A stretch of DNA of 52,838 nucleotides, taken from contig JAHPZE010000030.1 in the NCBI GenBank assembly GCA_019058365.1, positions 1 through 52,838 on the forward strand. Direction: 5' to 3'. Source of the stretch: Promethearchaeota archaeon. GTDB lineage: Archaea > Asgardarchaeota > Lokiarchaeia > Sigyniarchaeales > SOKP01. Each line of letters starts with the position of its first letter. Positions within the stretch are counted from its first letter, which is position 1. Shown here in pieces: positions 18,057 to 27,433 of the stretch. The position numbers and the translations under genes are program-made. The notes beneath the pieces were generated by a model. That model did not search any database, was not told the DNA's origin, and worked only from the letters and a program-made list of their open reading frames with translations.

Positions 18057-18902
18057 TTAACAATAAAACAATTTGCTAATCTCAATAAGCTCTTCTATAT
18101 TAAAACTAAAAACCTTTTTATTCTCAAAGTTATTTTCATATAAAATTTTAACAATTTTTTCTCTTGTATATTCAGTATTGTTTAGATTTTTTAAAAAATA
18201 TCCTATAGCATTTACAATATTTTTGTTCTTATAGGGCATTATTCCAGCAACAAATTTTAAAAAAAAGTTAATTGAACCCTTTTCTGAGAGGAATGGATGA
18301 ATATCATCTCGAGGTATAATTTTAATAAGTGATAACGCAATTTTTGGAATAGGGTAAAAGCTTTTTCTTGAAATATCTGATATTAAAATGGGGTTCATAA
18401 ACGCGTTAACACCAATACTGATCCGTGAGTATTCTTTATAATTTCCTGATAGAAAAATTCGATTAGCAATATTTTTTTCTAAAAGTAATATACCTTTAGG
18501 TGAATTAATATTAAAAAAAATCTTATCTATAAGTGGTCCAGTAATAGTATAAGGAATATTAGAAATAACTTTGTTGTGTTTTGGTAATTCTATTTCAAGT
18601 ACATCTCCATGGATAATCTCAATATTATCATAAATAGATAGCTTTTCTTTCAAATATGAACAGAGACGATTATCAATCTCAATACCATAGATTTTTTTAC
18701 TTAAATCTGCTAATTCTTCTGTTAACGTTCCTAAGCCGGGTCCAATTTCCAAAATAACATCATTCTGAGAGACATCAGAACATTTGATAATCTTCTTTAC
18801 AATATTTGTATCAGTTAAAAAATTTTGACCCAGTTTTTTGTTTGGAATAATTTCCAATTGCTTTAAAATGAGTTGTATTTCTTTTATATTCATAAAACTC
18901 AT
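18057..18902 (-). CDS. rsmA: 16S rRNA adenine dimethyltransferase (KsgA/Dim1)
   Basis: KKLGQNFL, LEIGPGLGTLT, IEID, SNIPY. Confidence 0.95.
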   Translation of the reverse strand: MSFMNIKEIQLILKQLEIIPNKKLGQNFLTDTNIVKKIIKCSDVSQNDVILEIGPGLGTLTEELADLSKKIYGIEIDNRLCSYLKEKLSIYDNIEIIHGDVLEIELPKHNKVISNIPYTITGPLIDKIFFNINSPKGILLLEKNIANRIFLSGNYKEYSRISIGVNAFMNPILISDISRKSFYPIPKIALSLIKIIPRDDIHPFLSEKGSINFFLKFVAGIMPYKNKNIVNAIGYFLKNLNNTEYTREKIVKILYENNFENKKVFSFNIEELIEISKLFYC

Positions 18903-19543
18903 TCGTATTTTTGAGTCTTGCTAAAAATGTAATATTTTACATCTCGTTGAAGTTCTTTGATAATTCTCTGTGCAATCAATTTGGCGGGATGAGAAATACT
19001 AGTTCTATCAGCTATATCTTGAAATGTTCCGAATTTTTGCATCTCTCTAGCATTAAGTATTTCCCACATGTGTTTCTGTCCAATTCCTGGTAATAATTTT
19101 AAAGCATGCATTCTTGGTGTAATCGAAGTAGAATTATTAAAGAAATTAATAAATTCTTCTTCATATTTCACCACTTCTTTTTCGAGTATTGGTTGAATTA
19201 ACGCTTTTGATGTACTAGTTAAATCGTCATAATCAATTTTTTTTAAGACATCATTTAATTTTTCTTCGTTTACGAACTCTTCATAGGTTCTTTGTTCTTG
19301 GACTTGGATATTAGAGCTTTTATTAGCTTTAACTTCATATAGAACAAAATCCGGAAAAGTAAGAACTTGCGCAATTGGTGTTTTAGCCCAACTAGGTCTA
19401 TCCTCTTCGGGATGTCCATGTATTAATAGATCTAAAATAACAACTTCCCGAAATTTCTTTATAAATTGTTTTTTCTTTTTCGGACCGCTTCGATAACTTC
19501 TTCTCTGTGGAGGACCTTTGTATCGCTCTCTTCTTTCCATCAT
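18899..19543 (-). CDS. DUF655 HhH nucleic-acid-binding protein
   Basis: FFN...ITPRMHALKLLPGIGQK; conserved position between rpo4 and rsmA. Confidence 0.88.
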   Translation of the reverse strand: MMERRERYKGPPQRRSYRSGPKKKKQFIKKFREVVILDLLIHGHPEEDRPSWAKTPIAQVLTFPDFVLYEVKANKSSNIQVQEQRTYEEFVNEEKLNDVLKKIDYDDLTSTSKALIQPILEKEVVKYEEEFINFFNNSTSITPRMHALKLLPGIGQKHMWEILNAREMQKFGTFQDIADRTSISHPAKLIAQRIIKELQRDVKYYIFSKTQKYE

Positions 19544-19707
19544 TACTACTTGTTTTTTTTACTTTTCCGATTACCATTTCAAAATTTTTATTGTAATGAA
19601 CTACATAATTAGATGGGATTGTTCATTAGAAATATAGAGATTGAGACTTATAAATTCTTCGAATTTTAAAATCAAGAGTCTAAATTTTATAATTGGGATA
19701 AGACAGT

Positions 19708-20073
19708 TTAAGATGTTTTTATATCTTCTATTTTATATAATAACTCTTGGAGTTGTTCATCTGTTAAAGTCTTCCCAGTGAAACTTTTTTCTAAAATCAC
19801 CCGTAATTCTGGAACTGTTTGGGGATCAATATTAAGAATATTAATAGAATAAATTTCTTCAATCTCATACTTTTCCATCAATAGTTTCTTTACTTTTTTC
19901 GCTATTTTTGCGTCATATTTCGCAAATTTATTCACATAGTTATATGTGATTTCTTGAAAATGAGACATTCCCTCATCAGAATCAATTTCTGATAGTTGAT
20001 CTTTTACAGTTTCCATTATTTCTTTAACTTCAGGTATAGAAACAGTTTTTTCATCTTTTTTTCTTCCAGACAT
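19708..20073 (-). CDS. rpoF: RNA polymerase subunit Rpo4 (RpoF)
   Basis: SIPEVKEIM, QEITYNYVNKFAK, NIDPQTVPELRVIL; synteny. Confidence 0.88.
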   Translation of the reverse strand: MSGRKKDEKTVSIPEVKEIMETVKDQLSEIDSDEGMSHFQEITYNYVNKFAKYDAKIAKKVKKLLMEKYEIEEIYSINILNIDPQTVPELRVILEKSFTGKTLTDEQLQELLYKIEDIKTS

Positions 20074-20091
20074 AATTTTTCCTTTATATTT

Positions 20092-20403
20092 TTAGTTTTC
20101 TTTAATTGAAACTGCGTTTAATCTTAGATGTTCTTTTCCAATTATTAAAGTTTTTTTAGAATCTCCCAATTTTACCTCAACTAAATAACAACGGCCTCTT
20201 TGACCAACTACAGTACCTGTTCTACCATGAAATCTTGAGTGGGGCATCCCCCGTTTATGTTGGGAAGGATCTGTAATAATATCTACTTTATCATCAACAT
20301 TATAATCTATTAAATACTTTTCTACAGAACCTAAACCTGTTTTACGTACATTTTTTCTGTGTTTATGCCTTGTTTTCTTACGGAATCCATGGTGTTTTAC
20401 TAT
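20092..20403 (-). CDS. rpl21e: 50S ribosomal protein L21e (absent from the ORF track; inferred ATA start)
   Basis: Own translation (M)VKHHGFRKKTRHK...DKVDIITDPSQHKRGMPHSRFHGRTGTVVGQRGRCYLVEV...KEHLRL, 103 aa; lies between pus10 and rpoF. Confidence 0.95.
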   Translation of the reverse strand: MVKHHGFRKKTRHKHRKNVRKTGLGSVEKYLIDYNVDDKVDIITDPSQHKRGMPHSRFHGRTGTVVGQRGRCYLVEVKLGDSKKTLIIGKEHLRLNAVSIKEN

Positions 20404-20515
20404 CGTGACACACCTTTTAGATTATTATTATAATAATAAATTAATTTAGTAGGATTATGAATGATAATTTATTTATTTTTTGATTTTAAACAAAGAAAAA
20501 TTGATAATGTCAGCT

Positions 20516-21874
20516 TTAAAGAGAAATTTCTAGTACATCTAGACTTTTACAAATTAATTTGGTTTTAAAAATCTCTGAAAAAGAGGGTGTTGTCCGCCCT
20601 TCGTCACCGCTAATAAGTTCTTTTATATATGTTCCCCCTTGAGTTTCTATAATAAATTCGAAAAGATTAGGCTTAATATATTTACCATTAATCTGGTAAA
20701 TCATTTTTTTTCTTATTTTATCAGCACGACGATGAGATACTCTATTTGGCGTTCTTTGATGAATTTCTTGATTTTCAAAAGAATCCTTCAATTTTAAAAT
20801 AATATATCCAAATTTTTCTTTATCAATCTTACTTTCAGCTTTTACAATTGCTTTATAGACTTTTTTTGTATCTTTTGCACTTGATTTTAGTTCGATTACT
20901 TCTTTCTTACTAGTGTATCTTAAATTATTAATTCTGATTCTTTTTCTATTTTTTTTATTAACAAACCTTTCTATTTTAATTAAATCTAAATTTCTAATTT
21001 TTGGATTTCTTAATTCAAGAATAAAAGGTCTTCCCGAGCCTAACATTCTTACATCTATGTCTTCTCTTCCCGCTCCATGGAATTTTGAATCGTTTGCTTT
21101 TGAAGCTATAATAAATTCTGGGCTTATTAGATCTTCAACAGTGGTAAGGTATTGCTTTCCAGTATAATTACATAGTTCACAACCATTTCCCATGCATTTC
21201 TTACAAAGCCAGTGGGTTTGGGGAATTCCTCTTATTGATTTATTATATCTCCCATAAATATAAATGGACTTTAGCTTTAATTCAACATTAAAATTTTCAA
21301 AATCTAAAGATATAATTAATAATACTTCAGGCGAGTTAAATTCAGGAGGTTTATTGAGATGTTTCATTAGTTCTTTTCCTACTACGCGATTAAAATGACT
21401 TTTAAAGGATTCAGCTTCTAAAAGATTAAATTCTGTCTTAAATTTATCCTCTTGATTAATAATCTGAGCTTTGGGCCTTGAACCAATTAAAAAATTATTA
21501 AATTCGATTTCTTCAAGTATTTGTGTTGATTTTTTTATGTATTTTTGAATATCTGAAAAAATATTATGACATAAATAGCAGACTTCATTTGAATCGTTCT
21601 TCACAAAATTTAACCCTTCATCCGATAAAACTTTTTGACTGGGATAATAATGAGCATTTTCAGCTAATAGTTTCAAATTAATAATTGATTCTTTATGGAG
21701 AACAGAATCTCCAGATAGATAATTACTATGATTTTCCATTGTTAGCGAGAGTAATAATGAATTTCCTCTTTCATAGTTTGTCGTATATGATCCTAAAAGA
21801 GAAAACATTCTACCAAGACAGTGAATGCATATATAGTATTTCTGATAGATTTCTAGTACTTTGTCAAAAATCAT
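20516..21874 (-). CDS. pus10: tRNA pseudouridine(54/55) synthase Pus10
   Basis: CIHCLGR, GRYNK...GIPQT, FHGAGREDIDVRMLG, QRTPNRVSHRR, GGTYIKE. Confidence 0.95.
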   Translation of the reverse strand: MIFDKVLEIYQKYYICIHCLGRMFSLLGSYTTNYERGNSLLLSLTMENHSNYLSGDSVLHKESIINLKLLAENAHYYPSQKVLSDEGLNFVKNDSNEVCYLCHNIFSDIQKYIKKSTQILEEIEFNNFLIGSRPKAQIINQEDKFKTEFNLLEAESFKSHFNRVVGKELMKHLNKPPEFNSPEVLLIISLDFENFNVELKLKSIYIYGRYNKSIRGIPQTHWLCKKCMGNGCELCNYTGKQYLTTVEDLISPEFIIASKANDSKFHGAGREDIDVRMLGSGRPFILELRNPKIRNLDLIKIERFVNKKNRKRIRINNLRYTSKKEVIELKSSAKDTKKVYKAIVKAESKIDKEKFGYIILKLKDSFENQEIHQRTPNRVSHRRADKIRKKMIYQINGKYIKPNLFEFIIETQGGTYIKELISGDEGRTTPSFSEIFKTKLICKSLDVLEISL

Positions 21875-22050
21875 GCTTACATGAATTAAGTAAATGATTA
21901 TTTATTGCTTTTATCAAGAAAAGAAAGAGTAGTAAAAAAATTTTAAAATAAAAATTTATTTTTTTATATAATTTTAATAAATATTACAGTTAATAAAACA
22001 AGAGTATTTGTGTTGTATTTATTTTTAAATTAAAAACAAGAGAGATTCGA

Positions 22051-22287
22051 ATGGCAAAGAAGAAGAATCAAGGGATTGTTAAGTGGTTTGATGCGAAAAA
22101 AGGATTTGGTTTCATCAGTGTTGCTGAGCAAGATGATATCTTTGTCCATTTTTCAAATATAGATATGGATGGATTTAGGAAACTTGATATGGGGGATGAG
22201 GTAGTATTTGAGCTAAAAGTGTCTAATGAAGGAAAGGATCCTGAAGCATTAAAAGTAAAGATTGTTTCAAAAAACAGAAGATATTAA
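22051..22287 (+). CDS. Cold-shock domain protein
   Basis: GIVKWFDAKKGFGFI, DIFVHFS (RNP1/RNP2). Confidence 0.93.
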   Translation: MAKKKNQGIVKWFDAKKGFGFISVAEQDDIFVHFSNIDMDGFRKLDMGDEVVFELKVSNEGKDPEALKVKIVSKNRRY

Positions 22288-22473
22288 TTATTTAACTGAA
22301 ATCGCTATTTCTCTTACTTTTTCTCTTTTTCTTTTATCATAAAATGAAGTAGTTGAAAATATCAACGATTTATAAGTCGTTTTTATTTTATTTCATGAAA
22401 ATATTGTATATAAAACCTGCTGAAATATCTTAATTTAAGAATAATAATTAGAAAAAAAAAAATTTATTTATAA

Positions 22474-23835
22474 TTATCTCTTCTCCCAATCAAAATCCAG
22501 TTTAACATATTTTTTTGTATAGAAGTAAGATATGAGTAAAACGACAGAAACGATCGGACCAAATAGAACTAAACCCATAGAATAGGAAAAAGTTCCTGTA
22601 GGAGAAATATCTGGCAATGACAAAATAGATCCGATGAAGAATGCACCTGCAGCTTGAAAGATATTAAGTATAATCGAGGGAAATCCAGCATATATTCCTG
22701 CTTTTAATTCCCCTGTAGATTTTTCATCATCTTCAGCAATATCAGCATAAACAATATAAGGAAATAAGAACCACCCTCCTAGAATTCCGCCTATCCCCAT
22801 TATAAAAATTATTCCCAAAATTAAATATGATGACATTGGAATTAAACCTAATAAAGAGATTGGCATAAAAATCACTGCAGCAATAAAAACATATAATAGA
22901 ATCTGTTTCTTTCCCTTTTTTTGTATTAATCTTCTCCATAGATAAAGAAATATGAAAATACTTAGAAGAAGGACTACAGCAGAAATGATATAATCCGTCG
23001 TGCCCATATCTAACGCATCTACAAGATATTTTAACATAGCTGTGGATACCATAGACCAACCTAAACCCGAGATGCCGATCATAAGAACGATCAACATAAA
23101 ATTCTTATTCTTCACAATAGTCTTTAAATTGTCAATTAATTTAGATTTAATCTCATATTTAGGTTCAGTAGGCATCTTAAAAGCAATGATATAAAATAAA
23201 GCAATTGTTAAAATACCAAAAGTAACGATAGAAATAGTTATAGTTGATGGAATTGGAATATTAGGATTTCCCGCATCTTTCATAGCTGTAATATAACTCC
23301 CAAGAACAATCATTGAGAAAAGAGCCATTATCCCATTTCCGATATAATTAAAGGTATTTTGAAATTGAGAGACTTTGGGTCGTTCCTCTACAGGGAATTC
23401 TTCTGCCATCCAAGCTTGATAAGGAGTCGTTACCGCATAACTAGCTCTAAAAAGTATCTCCCATATTAACATCCATATAAATAGTGTTCCTGTATCGTTT
23501 AGATCAAGTACTAATCCGGGTAATATTAGGAAAATAATTGAAATTCCTAATAGAGGGGCAAAAACTATTATCCAAGGTTTTCTTCTTCCCCATTTCGTAT
23601 ATTTTGCATCACTGAGCCATCCTAATAAAAATTGGGAGAGCGCGATAGTTAAATAACCCATGGCAATGACAAAACCAGCGAGAAACGGGCGTAATCCATA
23701 CCCACTTGTATAAAGCGTAAACATAGCCCATCCTTCTATTCCTAATACAATAGATGTACCTAATCTTGGGGCGCTAAAAAGTACTTTCGTTGAACTACTT
23801 GTTTGACCTCTTATAATTTGTTCAGATTCACTCAT
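22474..23835 (-). CDS. MFS transporter, GPH (MelB-like) family
   Basis: GWLSD...TKWGRRKPW, PYQAWMAE, ADIAEDDE...TG. Confidence 0.85.
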   Translation of the reverse strand: MSESEQIIRGQTSSSTKVLFSAPRLGTSIVLGIEGWAMFTLYTSGYGLRPFLAGFVIAMGYLTIALSQFLLGWLSDAKYTKWGRRKPWIIVFAPLLGISIIFLILPGLVLDLNDTGTLFIWMLIWEILFRASYAVTTPYQAWMAEEFPVEERPKVSQFQNTFNYIGNGIMALFSMIVLGSYITAMKDAGNPNIPIPSTITISIVTFGILTIALFYIIAFKMPTEPKYEIKSKLIDNLKTIVKNKNFMLIVLMIGISGLGWSMVSTAMLKYLVDALDMGTTDYIISAVVLLLSIFIFLYLWRRLIQKKGKKQILLYVFIAAVIFMPISLLGLIPMSSYLILGIIFIMGIGGILGGWFLFPYIVYADIAEDDEKSTGELKAGIYAGFPSIILNIFQAAGAFFIGSILSLPDISPTGTFSYSMGLVLFGPIVSVVLLISYFYTKKYVKLDFDWEKR

Positions 23836-24027
23836 TTAATTTCACATATATTTATGATTTTTTTATTTTTATGTAAAAATTTTATCAAGTATAGATTAGA
23901 GAAGACTTTATTTAAAATTTTATTAAATTTTTAAGGGATTTTTTAAGATTAAATAAAAAAAAACGAAAAAGATTTTAAATACATAAAGAAAAGTATTAAT
24001 TACTCTAAATTAAAGTTGAAAAGCTAA

Positions 24028-25011
24028 TTAATCTTCTTCTTCCCATCCAAGGTTGCGTAGTACAGATCCTAGAGCTTCTGATTCTTCTTCTAAAACAAAT
24101 TCTGTATCATATTCAGAAGCAGAGAGTTCAGAGTCGAAATCTGGGGGTGCTAACTCTTCAAAGGAGGGTAATTCATCAAGACGGGGTAATTCTTCTCTCG
24201 TTTTCGCTTTTTCTAAAATAAGTACTGGCTCTTCTGAAATAGGTTCATCCTCCATTTCCATTGGAGTATAGTCATCAAGAGGAATTGGTGGAACTTCATC
24301 ATCATACACTTTAAACTGGGAACTGGGAGTAACACCTTTAGCTTCATGGGGTGTTTTAAATTCAACAGCTTCCTTTACTTCTTTCTCAATCCTAAAACCC
24401 ATCGATTTAGGGATCGATACTATATTGTTTTCATTTGTAGCTTCAAGTTCTCCAAATTCTTCGCCTTCTTTCTCCCAATCGTCTAAAAATCCTAACAGAT
24501 CATCTAAAGCAGCTTTATCTTTTGCAAGTGATGGTTTTACTATAGTTTTAACTTCTTCTTCTACTTTCTGCTGCTCAATTTTCTCTATTTCGGACTCCTC
24601 AAGAGAGAGCATCATCTCCGTTTCTTGATCCCCAGAAATTAATCTATTCAACTTCTTTGCTAGTTCTCTTAAGTAACCTAGATAGAATCCAATTCGATAA
24701 ATCGCTCTTAAACCCCCAAATACTATATATTCGTCATCAATTGCCATTAAAATGCTATAACCCGAAGTATTGTGCAAGATTATTTCTGTCAACGCTCCGT
24801 GAACAGTTGCTTGATTTAATCTTAAACCTAAATCTATTAAGGCAGTACTTGATGCAGAAGTTGCATCAGCATCTAATTCTGAAGATGTTGAGCATGCTAC
24901 TTTCATTCCTACTCGAGATAAAACTGCTAGATCTTCTAAATCAGTTCTATTTTCTTCATCTTTTAAAACAAACATCATTTTTTTACGGATATCTTCCGCA
25001 ATTGTGGACAT
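24028..25011 (-). CDS. Roadblock/LC7-like domain with a long acidic low-complexity tail
   Basis: N-terminal 125 aa AVLSRVGMKVACS...SASSTALIDLG...GALTEIILHNTSGYSILM matches the roadblock pattern; E/D/P-rich remainder. Confidence 0.75.
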   Translation of the reverse strand: MSTIAEDIRKKMMFVLKDEENRTDLEDLAVLSRVGMKVACSTSSELDADATSASSTALIDLGLRLNQATVHGALTEIILHNTSGYSILMAIDDEYIVFGGLRAIYRIGFYLGYLRELAKKLNRLISGDQETEMMLSLEESEIEKIEQQKVEEEVKTIVKPSLAKDKAALDDLLGFLDDWEKEGEEFGELEATNENNIVSIPKSMGFRIEKEVKEAVEFKTPHEAKGVTPSSQFKVYDDEVPPIPLDDYTPMEMEDEPISEEPVLILEKAKTREELPRLDELPSFEELAPPDFDSELSASEYDTEFVLEEESEALGSVLRNLGWEEED

Positions 25012-25111
25012 TTACTTTCTCTCCTTGATATAATTTAGGATTGAACACGATTTTTTTAACATCGACTTATGTATAAATATAAAGACTATTTTAATATATT
25101 TTATCATCACT

Positions 25112-25822
25112 TTATTCTAAAAATTTCAGTAAATTCATTTGGGTTGAAAAAGATTTTTCAAGCTTCTCGAAAGTGTAACCCGATAATTGTGTTATTTTAT
25201 TTACCATATCATTTACTACATCTTCAGGTGTTAATTTTTCTGTATTAATCATGTAAACTCCTTCTTTATTTGAAAGAAATTGTTTGTAATACGAAAGAAT
25301 TGTTAACAAATACTCTTTATCTTCTTCATTCCATTCTTTCCTGTTGTTTTCTAATGAGCCTCTTTGAATTATACGCTTCATGATTGTATTTGGTTCTGCA
25401 TACAAATAAAAGATATAATCCTCTTTCCATTGGATAGAATTACATGTGTCTAAAATAAGATTATAATCTTTCTCTTTTAAGTTCAGACTCTTGGAATAAA
25501 TTAAAACACATAAAGGTGTTCTATCTAAAATTATTATCCGTCCATTGTATTTAATATCAAAATTTACAATATTTTGATTACGCTTGATAAGTTGTTGAAG
25601 AAAATGGATTTCACTTCTAAATCCGATTTGTTTGTTTGAAGAACCGAAGGGAAAGGGGGGTTTTTTTACGTATCTCTCGGGAAAAAATTTAAATTTATTA
25701 TTATCTGCAACTTTCGATTTGAGAAGATTGAAGACTGTTGTTTTTCCTACACCATGGACTCCAGCAATAGAAATTACAATGTTATCTTTAGAGCCTTTAT
25801 TTCTATAGATAGTTTTGCTCAA
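25112..25822 (-). CDS. Deoxynucleoside/thymidylate kinase family protein with C-terminal PIP box
   Basis: GVHGVGKTT, ILDR, RIIQRG lid; ends TQMNLLKFLE. Confidence 0.8.
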   Translation of the reverse strand: MSKTIYRNKGSKDNIVISIAGVHGVGKTTVFNLLKSKVADNNKFKFFPERYVKKPPFPFGSSNKQIGFRSEIHFLQQLIKRNQNIVNFDIKYNGRIIILDRTPLCVLIYSKSLNLKEKDYNLILDTCNSIQWKEDYIFYLYAEPNTIMKRIIQRGSLENNRKEWNEEDKEYLLTILSYYKQFLSNKEGVYMINTEKLTPEDVVNDMVNKITQLSGYTFEKLEKSFSTQMNLLKFLE

Positions 25823-25946
25823 TTGATTTTACTCCTAATCACTAAAATTAAATCGTAACAACGAAACTATGCGTTAAAATAAATACTTCTAGACATTATT
25901 GATTTTTCTTGTTATTAAAATTTTATATTTGGGGGATAATGATAAG

Positions 25947-27011
25947 TTAAAAATAAAGATAGATGAGTATAATTAAAACAATATTAAAAAAAATGTTGCT
26001 GAAAATCGTAGTACTAAGATTTCCATTCGTAAGTTCAAAGATTACTCCTAATACCACAAACGATAGGAAATTTACTAGCAAGAAACTCACTCCTATTGGA
26101 AAAGTAAATAACAACATTACAAGTGAGTAAGCTAGTGCTACTAAAAGGATCACATAGAAATCATTTTTAAATTTCTGCTTTAAAGTGTTATGTAGAACTC
26201 CTCTAAAAACAATTTCTGAAGAGAATGCCGCTATACTTAATGTAATCGTTAAAAGTATTATCCACAATAGTCCAGCATTTTGAATTACCAGGTTTTGCTC
26301 CTCTATTATCGATTTAACATCAAAAAAATCCCAACCAATACGTGAAAAGAAATTTATGAGAGAGTCTGAAAAATAATTAAGCATTAGTAACACTATAGCA
26401 CCCAATGCACCAATAAGCATTCCGAATAGAACTTTTTTTGAATTAGAATAAATTCCTATTTTAGTAAAACTATGTTTTTTATTATAAATATACCAAATTG
26501 GATAGATACCAAATAATAATTCGGGTACTTGATTCAATACGATTTGTTCAATAGTAAGGGTTGTTGTATCTAATTGAAATGAAATTAGTGTAAATAACAA
26601 AAAGAAGACAATCACTAATATATAAATACATGTTCCAAAAACATTGATACCTTCTTTTAAGTTCCAAGTTTCTTTCTTTAATATAAATTTTTGTTCAAGC
26701 TCAAGTTTTTTATCTGTAAAAATTAATCCTGGTTTTTTCTGAATTGTTGCTTTTTTAAATTCAGTTATTTTTTCTAATTCAGTATTACATATTGGACACT
26801 GATCTAAAATAGTAGATGTTATTACAGAACCACATCCTGGGCATGTTCTTGAGACTTCTAGTTTTTGTATAGTCTTATGTTGTGGAATTTTTTTACCCGG
26901 TTTAATTTTAATGACTAATTTACCACACTTAGGACAATATGTCTCATTTTCATCTACATTGGATCCGCAATATACGCAATAGTTGATCTTTTTCTTATTA
27001 TCATTTGACAT
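25947..27011 (-). CDS. Double zinc ribbon fused to a degenerate CPBP membrane domain
   Basis: Four CxxC pairs at the N-terminus; SSEIVFRG; no His in motifs 2 and 3. Confidence 0.75.
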   Translation of the reverse strand: MSNDNKKKINYCVYCGSNVDENETYCPKCGKLVIKIKPGKKIPQHKTIQKLEVSRTCPGCGSVITSTILDQCPICNTELEKITEFKKATIQKKPGLIFTDKKLELEQKFILKKETWNLKEGINVFGTCIYILVIVFFLLFTLISFQLDTTTLTIEQIVLNQVPELLFGIYPIWYIYNKKHSFTKIGIYSNSKKVLFGMLIGALGAIVLLMLNYFSDSLINFFSRIGWDFFDVKSIIEEQNLVIQNAGLLWIILLTITLSIAAFSSEIVFRGVLHNTLKQKFKNDFYVILLVALAYSLVMLLFTFPIGVSFLLVNFLSFVVLGVIFELTNGNLSTTIFSNIFFNIVLIILIYLYF

Positions 27012-27433
27012 AACAGTAGGTTTAAACTAAAATCTTTTTCATAGTATTATTTTGTAAATTATATAAACTAGAAATTATATAATTTTTGCTTGCATTTTAT
27101 TCACTTAAATGAATATCAATATTATTTAAAATTCTATGAATAGCGAGGAACATGTAAAAAGAGCTTTCCACTTTAAAAAAGCCCAAGCACATTCCTATGG
27201 CTTGCATGAATCTAAAAATAGATATTCTTCCCTATTTCTCAATTCTCACCAAAAACTTGGCAACTTTATAATTATCCTCCTTATGTACCCTGAGGATTCA
27301 ATTCTTCAGCCAAATTTTTTAATAGAAAAATTGTATCCACTGTTTTAAAGTGGGGAAAGTATAATGAAAAAGGTAATATTGAATGGTTAGCTTAATGAAT
27401 TTATAATTTAGGAAATTAATTGGTGAGTTAGTT

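Noticed and set aside
22297-22310. GAAATCGCTA after the csp gene, resembling the start of the histone repeat
   Set aside because: Only about 10 nt, no partner arm; compatible with chance.
27136-27348. 70-aa ORF
   Set aside because: No motif or SD; it lies inside the inverted-repeat-bounded segment and is probably spurious.
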